From Bdellovibrionota bacterium (GTDB taxonomy: Bacteria; Bdellovibrionota_C; UBA2361; OMIW01), in contig JBIIHQ010000003.1 of assembly GCA_044235645.1 (NCBI GenBank), positions 64,320 through 128,319 of the forward strand: a DNA stretch of 64,000 bases. Direction: 5' to 3'. Numbering within the stretch: the stretch's first letter is position 1; every line of letters begins with the position of its first letter. Both the position numbers and the translations under genes were made by a program. This document shows positions 10,102-20,019 of this stretch, piece after piece. The notes beneath the pieces were generated by a model. That model had not been told where the DNA came from. It saw only the letters and a list, made by a program, of their open reading frames with translations, and ran no database searches.

Positions 10102-10839
10102 CCTAACCACAACTGGTCCGACTATTCCCTGCTGTCCCTGCGGGGTGATTTGGCCACCATTAAGCCCTTTTTTTCGCTAGAGGATATCGAAAATCAGGTT
10201 TCCGTCCCGTCGATTCAAGGAGGCCGAGCGGTTCGGTTGAACCCCCTTCCCAGACAGGGGCCAACCGCGATTCGGATTCCCCTGGAAGATTGCAAAACAA
10301 GAATCCCCGAGGGCTTTACCGTCGTCGGTGGGAGGAATGTCAGCGTGATAATCAGGGCGGGTGCGCCACCGATTCTATTTGAAATAGGTGGTTCGGTGGT
10401 GTTTGCCGACAACAGCACCTTCTTCGCCTATGGCTGTTACTACGGTAGTGGCAGCAAGGTGACGAAGGAGATGGCCCCCAGAGTCGTTGAGGGAATACGT
10501 TACTTCGGCAGCAAGCTGGAGAACGTATTTGGCTTTGACGCGACGATATTCCGAGTGATCGAAGCCCAAAAGGTCGGCCGTAAATTGCGGATTCAGGTTC
10601 CAGATGCGGTGATGGAATTCATCGACGATGTCCTCGAAGGCCATACACATGGTCAAAACTTCCCCCGTTACCTGAACGACCCATATTATCGGCGGCGCGG
10701 GGCTGGGTGGGATGATTCGCGGGCTACGAAGCGCTACTGGAAATTCCGCCAGGTAGAGTCCCCCCTCTACAGCTTCATATCCGCCGATCACATCGCATGT
10801 GCGGCGGTTCTCGACGGAGCGACACCGTACGACTCCTAG
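10102..10839 (+). CDS. Hypothetical protein. Start uncertain: the ORF opens at 9907, but the arginine-rich 5' part looks non-coding.
   Basis: Coding-like composition from about MPNHNWSDY onward (AAAGG 5 nt upstream of the 10102 ATG). Preceded by a locally lower-GC pocket (9780-9900). No recognisable domain. Confidence 0.35.
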   Translation, partial: PNHNWSDYSLLSLRGDLATIKPFFSLEDIENQVSVPSIQGGRAVRLNPLPRQGPTAIRIPLEDCKTRIPEGFTVVGGRNVSVIIRAGAPPILFEIGGSVVFADNSTFFAYGCYYGSGSKVTKEMAPRVVEGIRYFGSKLENVFGFDATIFRVIEAQKVGRKLRIQVPDAVMEFIDDVLEGHTHGQNFPRYLNDPYYRRRGAGWDDSRATKRYWKFRQVESPLYSFISADHIACAAVLDGATPYDS

Positions 10840-10869
10840 GGCCTTGTCGGTATAGTCCACGGTTCAATC

Positions 10870-10893
10870 AGAGTGCCCCCCCGCGGGCACTCT
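10870..10893 (+). terminator. Putative intrinsic terminator hairpin (AGAGTGCCC-ccccgc-GGGCACTCT) 30 nt after the stop of the 10839 gene.
   Basis: 9-bp perfect GC-rich stem read from the sequence, followed by TCTACTCTTT, a weak U-tract. Confidence 0.3.
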
Positions 10894-11217
10894 ACTCTTT
10901 CGCAAGCCTGCTGCGAAACGCTACCCCTCCAGCGCCCCTCGATGCGTTACCTCGGCCCTTTACCATGTGGCCTCGCATCTCTCAGGCTCAGGTTCACGGT
11001 GGCAAAGAGGAGGAACCTCCTCGAACACATTCTTTCCAATACCATTCCAATGAAGGCAAGAGGGTGTTCAGACTTCGCTTGCCAAGGCACAGATAGCCCA
11101 GGAGCATACAGGTTTCGGATACTCAATCGCCACCGCAACCCCTTGCTCCCCCACCCCGCCCCATATCACAATCAAGCCACCCTCCCCTAGCCACGATTCC
11201 CAATCACCTGTATCCCA

Positions 11218-14028
11218 ATGACCCCTACCTACCTCCCCTGGCACGATCTCCCCCTCCCGAGCATCGCAGAATACCTCCTCTCCATCGCCCCCTCCGCGAC
11301 TGAACTCGATCTCCGTCATACCGCAATACTTCTCCCCTCGGGCCGCGCGGGACGGCGGCTTATTGAGCTATTGGTAGATCGATGCGCAGAACAGAGGCGG
11401 GTGGTGGTTCCGCCGTTGCTCCTAACTCCCGGAACGGTGGTGGAATCCCTGTATGGTCTCTCCGGCGATACGGGAACCGCTGCACTACCCGATCTGATCG
11501 CAGATAGGCTCTCGTGGTGTCAGGCGGTGACCCGGCTCGATCCCGAGGAGGCTGAGCAGATTGCGCTTGCTTCGGGGAAGGCGGCCCTCTCGTTCTCTCA
11601 GCGATGGGCGCTTGCTGAGACGCTCGGGGCGTTGCATCGCGAGTTACGAGCGGCGGGGGTGTCGTTCGCCTCAATTTGTGAACAGATCGGGAATGGCGAG
11701 AGCGATGACGATGAGTATGCTCGCGCGCAACCATCAACAAGTCTCACTACCATCCCCGAGACGCAGCGTCAGTGGTGGCGGATTGTTCGCAACCTTTTTG
11801 AGCACCGCACCGCTATCCTCGCCGAACATGGCCTCGTTGATCGTGATGTCGCGCGATGGGAAGTGCTTGCGGGAGACGTTGTGCCCCGCGCTCATCGCCT
11901 TATCGTTGCTTGTTGTCCTGATTTGAGCGCTCAGGCACGGCGCGCCATTGAGCTTTTCCCCGGCACCGTTGAGATCCTTATCCACGCTCCCGCTGACACC
12001 GCGGCAGGATTCACCGCGACGGGCACTATTGATGAGTCGTTTTGGCAGTCGTATCCAATACCCATTCCTCCGTCTCAGCTTCACATTGCAGCCGATCCGC
12101 GCCAAGAGGCGCTCGCTGTCGTCGATACGCTCTCTACTATTGCCCCTCACTGCACGGTGCTTGAGTGTGCAATCGCCCCCCTGACGGAGGTAACCCGCCG
12201 GGCGATACGAGCACAGTTCGATCAATCCGCGATCCCTTTTTTCGACGCCGACGCTCCGCCCGCCCCCCTTCTTACCCTTGTATCGTGGCTCCGCGCAGCG
12301 ATCGATTTTGCGCGGACCGGAGGACGTGCTGATGCGTGGCGGCTTCTGCGCCATCCCCATTCACACGGACTTGCTAACCCGGGCACCGCTCTCCATGCGA
12401 TGCTCGATAATATCAATAAAGAGTGCGTGCAGAGCGCCATTCCCCTTCACGGGAGTCCCCGTACGTTTCCCGTCTCTGATGCGCTCGAGCGCGCCCTTGG
12501 TCGTCTCAGCATCCTGCTCGCACCATTTCGGGATAATGATCCACAACCTATCGCAGCGTGGGCTCCGCACATGAGCGCGCTCTTTGATGGATGTCACCTC
12601 GGCGACCAGATCGATGCGGCAACCCACCGTTCACTTGAAGCAACACTCCTGGTTATGCGCGATACGCCACCACTTGCCCCCGTCGTGGGCAGTGAAGCGC
12701 TGACCGTTTTTGCTGATACCTTTTCGCTCCTCCACACACCAGAAACGGAATCGACACCAGCGCTCGATATTATCGGATGGCTTGAGCTTCATCTCGACGA
12801 TTCACCACATCTCTTGATCGCAGGTTTCGTCGAGAACTCGGTTCCCGAGGTGCTCAATAGCGATCCGTTTCTCCCGAACTCGCTTCGCCGCGAGCTCGGG
12901 CTTCCCTCGAATGAATATCGGATGGCGCGGGAGAGCTATCTTCTCTCCGCGCTTCTTGCTAGCCGAAACGCTCACCTCTTCCTCCATCGTCACCTCTCCG
13001 ATGGCTCACAAACATTGCCGAGTCGGTTGTTGTATCGAGACACTCCTGCGCGAAGTATCGCGATCGCTCGCCAATTTTTTATCGAGCCCACCCCTCGGTG
13101 GCGACCGCTCGCCGCAGGCAATCCACTCCCCGCACCAGCATCGTTTATCGCGGCGCATCCACCGACCGCTGGAATTCCTCACGAGCTCTCACTTCCGGTT
13201 ACCGCTCTTCGTGATTACCTCGCGTGCCCGTATCGCTTCTACCTTAAGCGAATCCTCAAACTTCAGCCGACGCCGCCGCCCCTCACCGAGCTCGATTTAC
13301 GGCTTTTTGGAAATCTGCTCCACAATACCCTGCAATCGCTCGGTAATTATGTTGCCGAGCAGTCATCACCCCAGCTCCTTGGGTCAGAGCGCAACTTGCG
13401 CGACTATCTTTTTACAACCCTCGATACCTCATTTGATAATCTCGTTGGTACTCATCCATCACAAGCAGCAAAAATTCAGCTCGAATCAGCGCGGTATCGA
13501 CTACGCGAGTTCGTTGGGTGGCAGGTTGCTTCGTATGCCGAGGGGTGGCATCCAATCGAAACCGAGTTTTCGCTCGATCCCTCGCGCACGACGAGAACGA
13601 TAGGCGAAGCGACGATATCGCTAACCGGGAGGATTGATCGAATCGAGCGGAACATCGAAACCGGTGCCGTCCGGATCCTCGATTTCAAAACAAGCAAGCA
13701 CCCCCCACGGGTGTGGAGCGCGCGCAGCGGGTGGGGTGATCCGCAGCTCCCTTTCTACGCCCTCCTGTTGCACCGGCACCCCCCTTATTCCTCGTCGTGT
13801 GAAGAGATTGGAGCATGTCACGTTGTTCTCAACGGCAGCGGTGAGGTTAAGGCGATTGATGCGGCTCTTCCTCCTGAGCGGTTCGATGCCGTAGAGAGCC
13901 TTCTCACCAAAACCCTCTCTGACATCGCTTCCGGAATCTTTTGGCCACCAGCACCAAGTGTACCATTCGATGACTTCGCGCCAATTATCGGTTCCGCATC
14001 GAGCCGCGCCGCTGGTGATACTTTTTAA
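11218..14028 (+). CDS. addB: AddB-type helicase-nuclease subunit (degenerate helicase N-terminus, C-terminal PD-(D/E)XK nuclease).
   Basis: N-terminal ILLPSGRAGRRLIELL, a degenerate Walker-A region typical of proteobacterial AddB. C-terminal RIDRIE...VRILDFKTSK RecB-family nuclease motif. Sits immediately upstream of a UvrD-type partner, in the addB-addA order seen in alphaproteobacteria. Confidence 0.7.
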   Translation: MTPTYLPWHDLPLPSIAEYLLSIAPSATELDLRHTAILLPSGRAGRRLIELLVDRCAEQRRVVVPPLLLTPGTVVESLYGLSGDTGTAALPDLIADRLSWCQAVTRLDPEEAEQIALASGKAALSFSQRWALAETLGALHRELRAAGVSFASICEQIGNGESDDDEYARAQPSTSLTTIPETQRQWWRIVRNLFEHRTAILAEHGLVDRDVARWEVLAGDVVPRAHRLIVACCPDLSAQARRAIELFPGTVEILIHAPADTAAGFTATGTIDESFWQSYPIPIPPSQLHIAADPRQEALAVVDTLSTIAPHCTVLECAIAPLTEVTRRAIRAQFDQSAIPFFDADAPPAPLLTLVSWLRAAIDFARTGGRADAWRLLRHPHSHGLANPGTALHAMLDNINKECVQSAIPLHGSPRTFPVSDALERALGRLSILLAPFRDNDPQPIAAWAPHMSALFDGCHLGDQIDAATHRSLEATLLVMRDTPPLAPVVGSEALTVFADTFSLLHTPETESTPALDIIGWLELHLDDSPHLLIAGFVENSVPEVLNSDPFLPNSLRRELGLPSNEYRMARESYLLSALLASRNAHLFLHRHLSDGSQTLPSRLLYRDTPARSIAIARQFFIEPTPRWRPLAAGNPLPAPASFIAAHPPTAGIPHELSLPVTALRDYLACPYRFYLKRILKLQPTPPPLTELDLRLFGNLLHNTLQSLGNYVAEQSSPQLLGSERNLRDYLFTTLDTSFDNLVGTHPSQAAKIQLESARYRLREFVGWQVASYAEGWHPIETEFSLDPSRTTRTIGEATISLTGRIDRIERNIETGAVRILDFKTSKHPPRVWSARSGWGDPQLPFYALLLHRHPPYSSSCEEIGACHVVLNGSGEVKAIDAALPPERFDAVESLLTKTLSDIASGIFWPPAPSVPFDDFAPIIGSASSRAAGDTF

Positions 14029-14036
14029 GAGGATCG

Positions 14037-17000
14037 ATGAATACTCCCTCTTCCCTCACTCATGACCTTATTCGCGCGAACGCGGGAACAGGGAAAACAT
14101 TTCAGCTCACGAACCGTTTTCTCTCGCTTATTCTGCGGGGGCATCCACCCGATTCGATCCTTGCGACAACCTTTACCCGCAAGGCGGCGAGTGAAATCCG
14201 CGAGCGCGTGTTTAAGCGGCTTCTCGAGGCCATGAACTCAAGCAAAGCGTGTGTGGAGCTTGGCAGTCATCTCGGTATTCCTGCACTCACTCTGGCTGAT
14301 TGCGAGCGAGCCTTCCTTTCGCTCCTTGCGACCCAGCATCGGCTCCGCATCGGCACGATCGATGCTCTCTTCATGGAGATAGCCCGGCTCTTTTTTATTG
14401 AGACCGGACTGCCGGCACGATGGGAGGTAAGCTCAATCGCCGATGATCACCGTGCGCTCTCCGAGGCAGTTCTTACAACTCTCGAACGGCACCAAGCCGA
14501 CGATGCTATCGGCGAAAAATGTGCCCGAATAATTGGTGAAAGGGCATCCTCAGCGATACTTACCCCGCTGATGCGTCACATTCGACCCGCGCTCGAACTC
14601 GCTCGCTCATCCTCTCCTGAATCATGGTCTACACCACTCTCATTGGCGGAGAATTCGTCGACAAATCTGCCCCTTCACACCTTTGCCTCGGCGCTCGCTG
14701 ATATGCCTCTTCCGATGACCAAGGGTAAGCCGCCTGCACCACATAAGACGTGGCTTAATGCGCGCAACAATCTTCTCACTCAAGTAACAGCGAGCGCTCC
14801 TTACGATATACTCGAACAATCGATTATTAAAAATCTTCTCAGCGGTGGCGATGGATTTGCGCGCCACCCTTTCACCGACGAGCACCGCGCAATTCTTTCA
14901 CCCCTCGCAAACGCAGCGGCCTCTCAGATCCTCGCTGACACCGTCACGCGCACCGCGGAGCTACGCGACCTTATCGACGCGACCCGCGCCACGCTTGATG
15001 CGATAAAATTCCGCACAAACAGCTACTCGTTTGATGACATCAAGCACATCCTTCGGTACGCCGCAGGACGCATCACTGAGCTCGATCTCTTCTTCCGACT
15101 CGATTGTACGATCCGCCACCTCCTCATCGACGAGTTTCAGGATACCTCGCTTGATCAGTGGACGGTATTAGAGCCCCTCGTCTCCGAGGTGCTTTCAGCA
15201 TCTCCTGGAGAACGCACTTTTTTAGTTGTGGGTGATGAAAAGCAATCGATATACGATTGGCGAGGCGGGACACCACACCTCTTTCGCTATCTCGAAGAGC
15301 GCTATTCATCGCTTACGGCCAAGCCGCTCTTCCGTTCGTTTCGCTCCTCCCAAGCGATTATGGCTCTCGTTAACACGATCCTGGATCGCAGCCCCACTTG
15401 CGCGGTAATTGCTTCGCATCCTCGAGTGGCTGAAGAATGGCTCGCTCGAACTAGTCATCACGAAACAACGCTAATGAGTCAGGGATACGTTCAGATTGAG
15501 CGATTCTCCAGGGATAAATCGGACGACACTGAGGATAGCGATCTGAGCGATGATATCACCGATGGGACAGAGGCAGATGCGGTTGATAAAGAGAATACTG
15601 GTATTCGGCGTGCGGTTGAACTGGTCGCCGAAATCCGCGCATCGTACCCGACCGCGACGGTAGGGATTCTGCTTCGTCGCAATAAGTACCAAACGACTAT
15701 CCTGGCTGAGCTGCTTCGTCGTGATATCGCTGCTTCAGGTGAGGGAGGAACTCCGCTCACCTCCTCCCCCGTGGTGCGATCATTGCTTGGCCTTCTAACC
15801 TGGATTGAGCACCCAGCAGATAAGGTAGCTCGTTTTCAGGTCGATCATACTCCTATTCGGGACGCATTTCCCGAATTATCCGGATCAATAGATGAGCGGT
15901 CATGGCTTGCAGAGCAGCGCTCCAGCGTGTGGCGATGGGGAATCGGAACGTATCTCGCGCGAGTGCTTGCCCGGATAGGGTTGGAGACGTCGGACGAGGC
16001 ATCGCTTATCGATCACTTTATCGATGCAGCGTACGAATCTGATGCGACCACTGAGAGCCCCGATATCGATCGCTTTTTGCGTGACATAGAAACCCGATCG
16101 GTATCTCTCGAGAGCCAGGCTTCCGTGCGGGTCATGACGATTCACAAGGCAAAGGGGCTCGAATTTGATGCCGTTATTCTCCTCGATCTCGAGAGCCCTG
16201 CCGTTTCTCGTCGCGGAGTCTCCTTTCTCACCGAGCGCGCTGGGCCTCTTGACCTACCGTCGGCCGTTTGGATCCGCCCTCGCAGCTCGGTGATGAAATA
16301 TCATGAGCGGCTCGTACGCGCGGACGAGGATGAAACAAATCGAGCACTCTCTGGTCAACTTGCGCTTCTCTACGTCGCCGTCACCCGAGCACGGCATGCG
16401 CTCTTTGTTCTTGTCGGGGACAAAATTCCGAAGACGAGCCTCAACGAACTACTCACCGCGACACTCGACCTACCGGGTGGGGATGCGACGATGGATGGGA
16501 GTTCTGATGATGATGTCGCCCCGAAGGAGAACACATCAGAGGGGGCCAATCCCTCCGCAGCGCGTATCGTCTACCACATCGGTGACCGCGCCTGGTATCG
16601 CTTCACTACCGCCCCCCCCTCTCCCACCACCAGCACTCACACCGTGGCTCGGCCGAACTTCCGTCCACCAACCGTTCTCCATCGGCGGGCCCTTCTCGCA
16701 CAAACTCCCTCAACCCGCGCTCTCACCAAGAGCTTCAACTCCGTTCTGAGCGAGGGCAGCGAGGCAGGCAAAAACTTCGGCGCCTTCGTACACGCCCTGT
16801 GCGAACAGATCACCTGGCTCACCGATTCGCCTGAGCTTACCGGCGATCCCACCGCCGTCGCCTACCTGCGCGATCGTCTCACCCGGCCTGCTGTCCGCTC
16901 CGTTTTCGATCCCGCTCACTATCCGGTTCCTCCCGGTGGCACCCGCGACCTGTGGCGCGAGCGCCCCTTCGCCCTCCGTTTGGGGGGCAAGGTCATCTCG

Positions 17001-17261
17001 GGCATCTTCGACCGAGTCGTCGTCATACGCTCCACAACCGGGACCCCGCTGCGAGCCCACCTCATCGACTTCAAAACTGATAGCTGCACTTCCGCTGACT
17101 CCGCAGCCATCGAATACCACACCGCCACCTATCGCCCGCAGATGACCATGTACCGCGCAGCGCTCGCGACTATGCTCGGCATCCAGGAGGATGCCGTCAG
17201 GGGTGAGCTGCTATTTCTTGAGGGTGGCGTTGCGGTTGACCTGTTTGGGAAAGTGAGATAG
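14037..17261 (+). CDS. addA: AddA-type UvrD/Rep-family helicase with C-terminal RecB-like nuclease.
   Basis: Walker A ANAGTGKTF. UvrD motifs (ILATTFTRKAASE, LLIDEFQDTS, VGDEKQSIYDWRG, MTIHKAKGLEFDAV). C-terminal GIFDRVVV...HLIDFKTDS nuclease motif. There is a 9-nt gap after addB. Confidence 0.8.
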   Translation: MNTPSSLTHDLIRANAGTGKTFQLTNRFLSLILRGHPPDSILATTFTRKAASEIRERVFKRLLEAMNSSKACVELGSHLGIPALTLADCERAFLSLLATQHRLRIGTIDALFMEIARLFFIETGLPARWEVSSIADDHRALSEAVLTTLERHQADDAIGEKCARIIGERASSAILTPLMRHIRPALELARSSSPESWSTPLSLAENSSTNLPLHTFASALADMPLPMTKGKPPAPHKTWLNARNNLLTQVTASAPYDILEQSIIKNLLSGGDGFARHPFTDEHRAILSPLANAAASQILADTVTRTAELRDLIDATRATLDAIKFRTNSYSFDDIKHILRYAAGRITELDLFFRLDCTIRHLLIDEFQDTSLDQWTVLEPLVSEVLSASPGERTFLVVGDEKQSIYDWRGGTPHLFRYLEERYSSLTAKPLFRSFRSSQAIMALVNTILDRSPTCAVIASHPRVAEEWLARTSHHETTLMSQGYVQIERFSRDKSDDTEDSDLSDDITDGTEADAVDKENTGIRRAVELVAEIRASYPTATVGILLRRNKYQTTILAELLRRDIAASGEGGTPLTSSPVVRSLLGLLTWIEHPADKVARFQVDHTPIRDAFPELSGSIDERSWLAEQRSSVWRWGIGTYLARVLARIGLETSDEASLIDHFIDAAYESDATTESPDIDRFLRDIETRSVSLESQASVRVMTIHKAKGLEFDAVILLDLESPAVSRRGVSFLTERAGPLDLPSAVWIRPRSSVMKYHERLVRADEDETNRALSGQLALLYVAVTRARHALFVLVGDKIPKTSLNELLTATLDLPGGDATMDGSSDDDVAPKENTSEGANPSAARIVYHIGDRAWYRFTTAPPSPTTSTHTVARPNFRPPTVLHRRALLAQTPSTRALTKSFNSVLSEGSEAGKNFGAFVHALCEQITWLTDSPELTGDPTAVAYLRDRLTRPAVRSVFDPAHYPVPPGGTRDLWRERPFALRLGGKVISGIFDRVVVIRSTTGTPLRAHLIDFKTDSCTSADSAAIEYHTATYRPQMTMYRAALATMLGIQEDAVRGELLFLEGGVAVDLFGKVR

Positions 17262-17473
17262 CTGGCCAACGATATCGCGTAGGCCGCTCGCTCACATAGA
17301 GAAGCACTCCTCCCGGTCGGAGAAATACACGGCGATGAGGGTTGTCCATTTAGGACGTAACGGCCACGGGTATGAAAGTGTGCACAGATTGAGAGAATAC
17401 CTGTTTAGCCGCGGAAGAATCGGGAGGAGGTTTATTGTTCCCCAACCCCGTTCATCTGATACGAAGCAAACCG

Positions 17474-17512
17474 ATTGAGTGGGCCCAAGATACTCAATCA
17501 GGGCCCACTGAG
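17474..17512. repeat. Composite inverted repeat ATTGAGTGGGCCC-N14-GGGCCCACTGAG between convergent addA and the flotillin gene.
   Basis: Read from the sequence. AGTGGGCCC / GGGCCCACT 9-bp arms; the loop itself contains ACTCAAT complementary to ATTGAGT. No flanking T-run, so it is not a classic intrinsic terminator. Confidence 0.3.
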
Positions 17513-17542
17513 GTACTCGACCATGAGGTCAGATGTATTTCT

Positions 17543-19240
17543 CTAGAGGGAAGTTTTATTGCTACTACCCGAGACCTCCACTCCGAGCGCCCTCGTGAGA
17601 TCGTTTAAGCCCGAGCTACCAATGCCTATCTCTCCTAATAGCGAGTCCACCAGGGGTTGCTGCGCCCGATACCGCAGCGCGCTACTGACGACCTGATCAG
17701 CCAGATTACCACCCTGAGTGCTAGGCTGACCGCCAGCCGCCTGGGAGGAAGCGGACCCACCGTCACTCCGAAGACCCTCGACCTGAACGATCTTAATCCC
17801 GTCGATTCTCTCCATAGGACGCACGGATTCGCGAATTATTTCGGGCAGCGCCTTGATAATCTCGAGCTTAACCTGCATCGCAATTTGCTCAATTGAAAGG
17901 GCATTCGCAGCCTCATTCAATGCTCGACGCCCAGCCGCATCAACCGAGTAGCGAACCTCACTTCCCTGCGCCCGCAGCCGCTCGGCGGCCGCATCCCCCT
18001 CGGCAATCATTGTCAGAGCATCTGCCTTGTCCCGAGCAGCCCTTTTTTCGGCATCTGCAGAGACCGTAATTCCGATCGACTCCTTCTCCGCATTCTTGGA
18101 TGCCTCAACAAGCTCAATCTGTTTCTGTCTCTCCGCTCGCTCGGTTTCTCGCACGGTTACTACCTGCTCTTCTGCCTTTACCGCGAGCGCGCGAGCTTTA
18201 TCTGCCATTGCCTGAGCTTCCGATTGGGCCTTTGAACGCTCCGCAACGGCTATCGCTAGATCCTGTCGTGCCAACTCAACCGATTTGGTGCGCTCAACAT
18301 CAGCCTGTTCGACTGCACGGTGTTTCTCGATTTCGCGCTCTTTAACCAGTTGCTCCATCTCCAGTTTTTTGCGATCGACTTCCTGCTGAGCGAGCAGCTG
18401 AGCTTCTCGCGCCTGACGGTCTTGTTCCGCTTTTTGCCTCGCAATATCCGCGCTCTGTTCCGCACGTCGAGTTTCCAGTTCTCGTTGTTGCTCAAGCCGG
18501 GCGTATTCCTCTTCACGCTGGAGCTCTAACTTTATCCTTTCCGCTTCAAGATTCTTCTGACGAATTAAAACCTCGGTATCCTGTTCGATATCGTTGCGCT
18601 GCTTACGTCTGTTTTCAATCTCCTCGGTCAATTTAGTCAGACCCTGGGCATCAAATGCGTTATCGGGATTTAGATACTCTTTGCCGGTTTGGTCGAGAGC
18701 CGTGAGGGATACCGATTCAAGTTCAAGGCCATTCTTTAATAAGTCCTCTGATACAGCCAGCTGGACCTTATTAACAAATTGGGTCCGTTGCTCGTGTAAC
18801 TCTTCCATTGCCATCTCTGCGGCTACCGAGCGAAGCGCATCAACAAATTTTCCCTCAACAAGCGTCCTCAGCTCTTGCGGGTCTAGCGTTTTTAAACCCA
18901 GAGTTTGCGCTGCATCAGCAATCGCCTCCACTATCGGTTTTACTCGAACGTAAAACTCTGCCTCTACATCGACCCTCATTCTATCCCTCGTAATAAGGGC
19001 CTGTTCATTCGCCCGACGAACCTCGAGTCGAAGGGTATTCATGTTGACCGGTATCGTCTCGTGCAGAATCGGAAAAACGAGCGCTCCGCCATTCATGATT
19101 ACCCGCTGTCCGCCGAAGCCGGTCCTTACAAACGACACCTCCTTGGAGGCTCGTCGGTACAGACGACTTACGATCAGTCCTAACGTCAATAGCGCAATGA
19201 ATACCGTTGATGCAGCGAATATGATGTAGTTAATCGCCAT
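17543..19240 (-). CDS. Flotillin-like SPFH/band-7 protein (YqiK/FloT type).
   Basis: N-terminal TM. SPFH domain (VRTGFGGQRVIMNGGALVFPILHE...LRLEVRRANEQALITRD). Long EA-rich coiled coil (QREEEYARLEQQRELETRRAEQ...). 565 aa, a typical flotillin size. Confidence 0.8.
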   Translation of the reverse strand: MAINYIIFAASTVFIALLTLGLIVSRLYRRASKEVSFVRTGFGGQRVIMNGGALVFPILHETIPVNMNTLRLEVRRANEQALITRDRMRVDVEAEFYVRVKPIVEAIADAAQTLGLKTLDPQELRTLVEGKFVDALRSVAAEMAMEELHEQRTQFVNKVQLAVSEDLLKNGLELESVSLTALDQTGKEYLNPDNAFDAQGLTKLTEEIENRRKQRNDIEQDTEVLIRQKNLEAERIKLELQREEEYARLEQQRELETRRAEQSADIARQKAEQDRQAREAQLLAQQEVDRKKLEMEQLVKEREIEKHRAVEQADVERTKSVELARQDLAIAVAERSKAQSEAQAMADKARALAVKAEEQVVTVRETERAERQKQIELVEASKNAEKESIGITVSADAEKRAARDKADALTMIAEGDAAAERLRAQGSEVRYSVDAAGRRALNEAANALSIEQIAMQVKLEIIKALPEIIRESVRPMERIDGIKIVQVEGLRSDGGSASSQAAGGQPSTQGGNLADQVVSSALRYRAQQPLVDSLLGEIGIGSSGLNDLTRALGVEVSGSSNKTSL

Positions 19241-19304
19241 GTATTTCCCCTTTTTCTACCTAGTCTGAGCTGAGAGAACACGAAGCCAAGAGACCTAACC
19301 TCCC

Positions 19305-20000
19305 TTAGTCCGTGTCGTCTTCGATACAAAAAAAACGCGCCCCCACCTTTTTTACCAATATCACTCGACCTCCCGATGGGATGGCAGCCTGACCTTCGTC
19401 GAGCTCAACCAAGACATAGTGATGCTGCCCATATTCATCACGTACCTTCGCTTGCACCGCCGTCCCTACCTGCGCGGTACCCAGAACTATGGTTGCGCTG
19501 CGACCGATAAATGAATCGTCGGTAATCGCTGAAGACTCATCCCCTGGGAGGATCTGTGCTAAACCCTTGCCTGTGAGTCGCGTCAGAGGACCCGCAACGA
19601 CGAGGGCCAATGGAACCGCTAGTAGGGCAGGCGGGTAGGCGCCGATCAGACTTCCGACCAGCAGTTGGATTCCTATTCCGCAGACACCGAACAGGCAGAG
19701 AAAAACAACGAGAACCATCAAAACGGGGACCTTGCCAATCCGTATCCACCCTATTAGCTTGGTAAAGATAGAGCCACCATGACCCGCAGCATCCAAGGCA
19801 GCTGGCGTATCGAGCGCGCCTGCATGGGGTAAACCTGAGGAACCATCTAAGACATCAATATCAGGAATCCAGCTATCAATGATCTGAGAAAGACCAAATC
19901 CACCAACAATTGATAGTCCCTCTATTGCCGCGATGACGATCATCAGAATAAGGGCGGACAGAAATACTATATTTGCATCCGAGGTTAAAAACGCGATCAT
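19305..20000 (-). CDS. NfeD-like membrane protein (partner of SPFH proteins).
   Basis: Multiple TM helices followed by a C-terminal OB-fold-like segment (VGTAVQAKVRDEYGQHHYVLVELDEGQAA). Sits immediately upstream of the flotillin gene on the same strand, the canonical NfeD-flotillin pairing. Confidence 0.65.
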   Translation of the reverse strand: MIAFLTSDANIVFLSALILMIVIAAIEGLSIVGGFGLSQIIDSWIPDIDVLDGSSGLPHAGALDTPAALDAAGHGGSIFTKLIGWIRIGKVPVLMVLVVFLCLFGVCGIGIQLLVGSLIGAYPPALLAVPLALVVAGPLTRLTGKGLAQILPGDESSAITDDSFIGRSATIVLGTAQVGTAVQAKVRDEYGQHHYVLVELDEGQAAIPSGGRVILVKKVGARFFCIEDDTD

Positions 20001-20019
20001 GCTTAGCTAGTCCGTGTCT

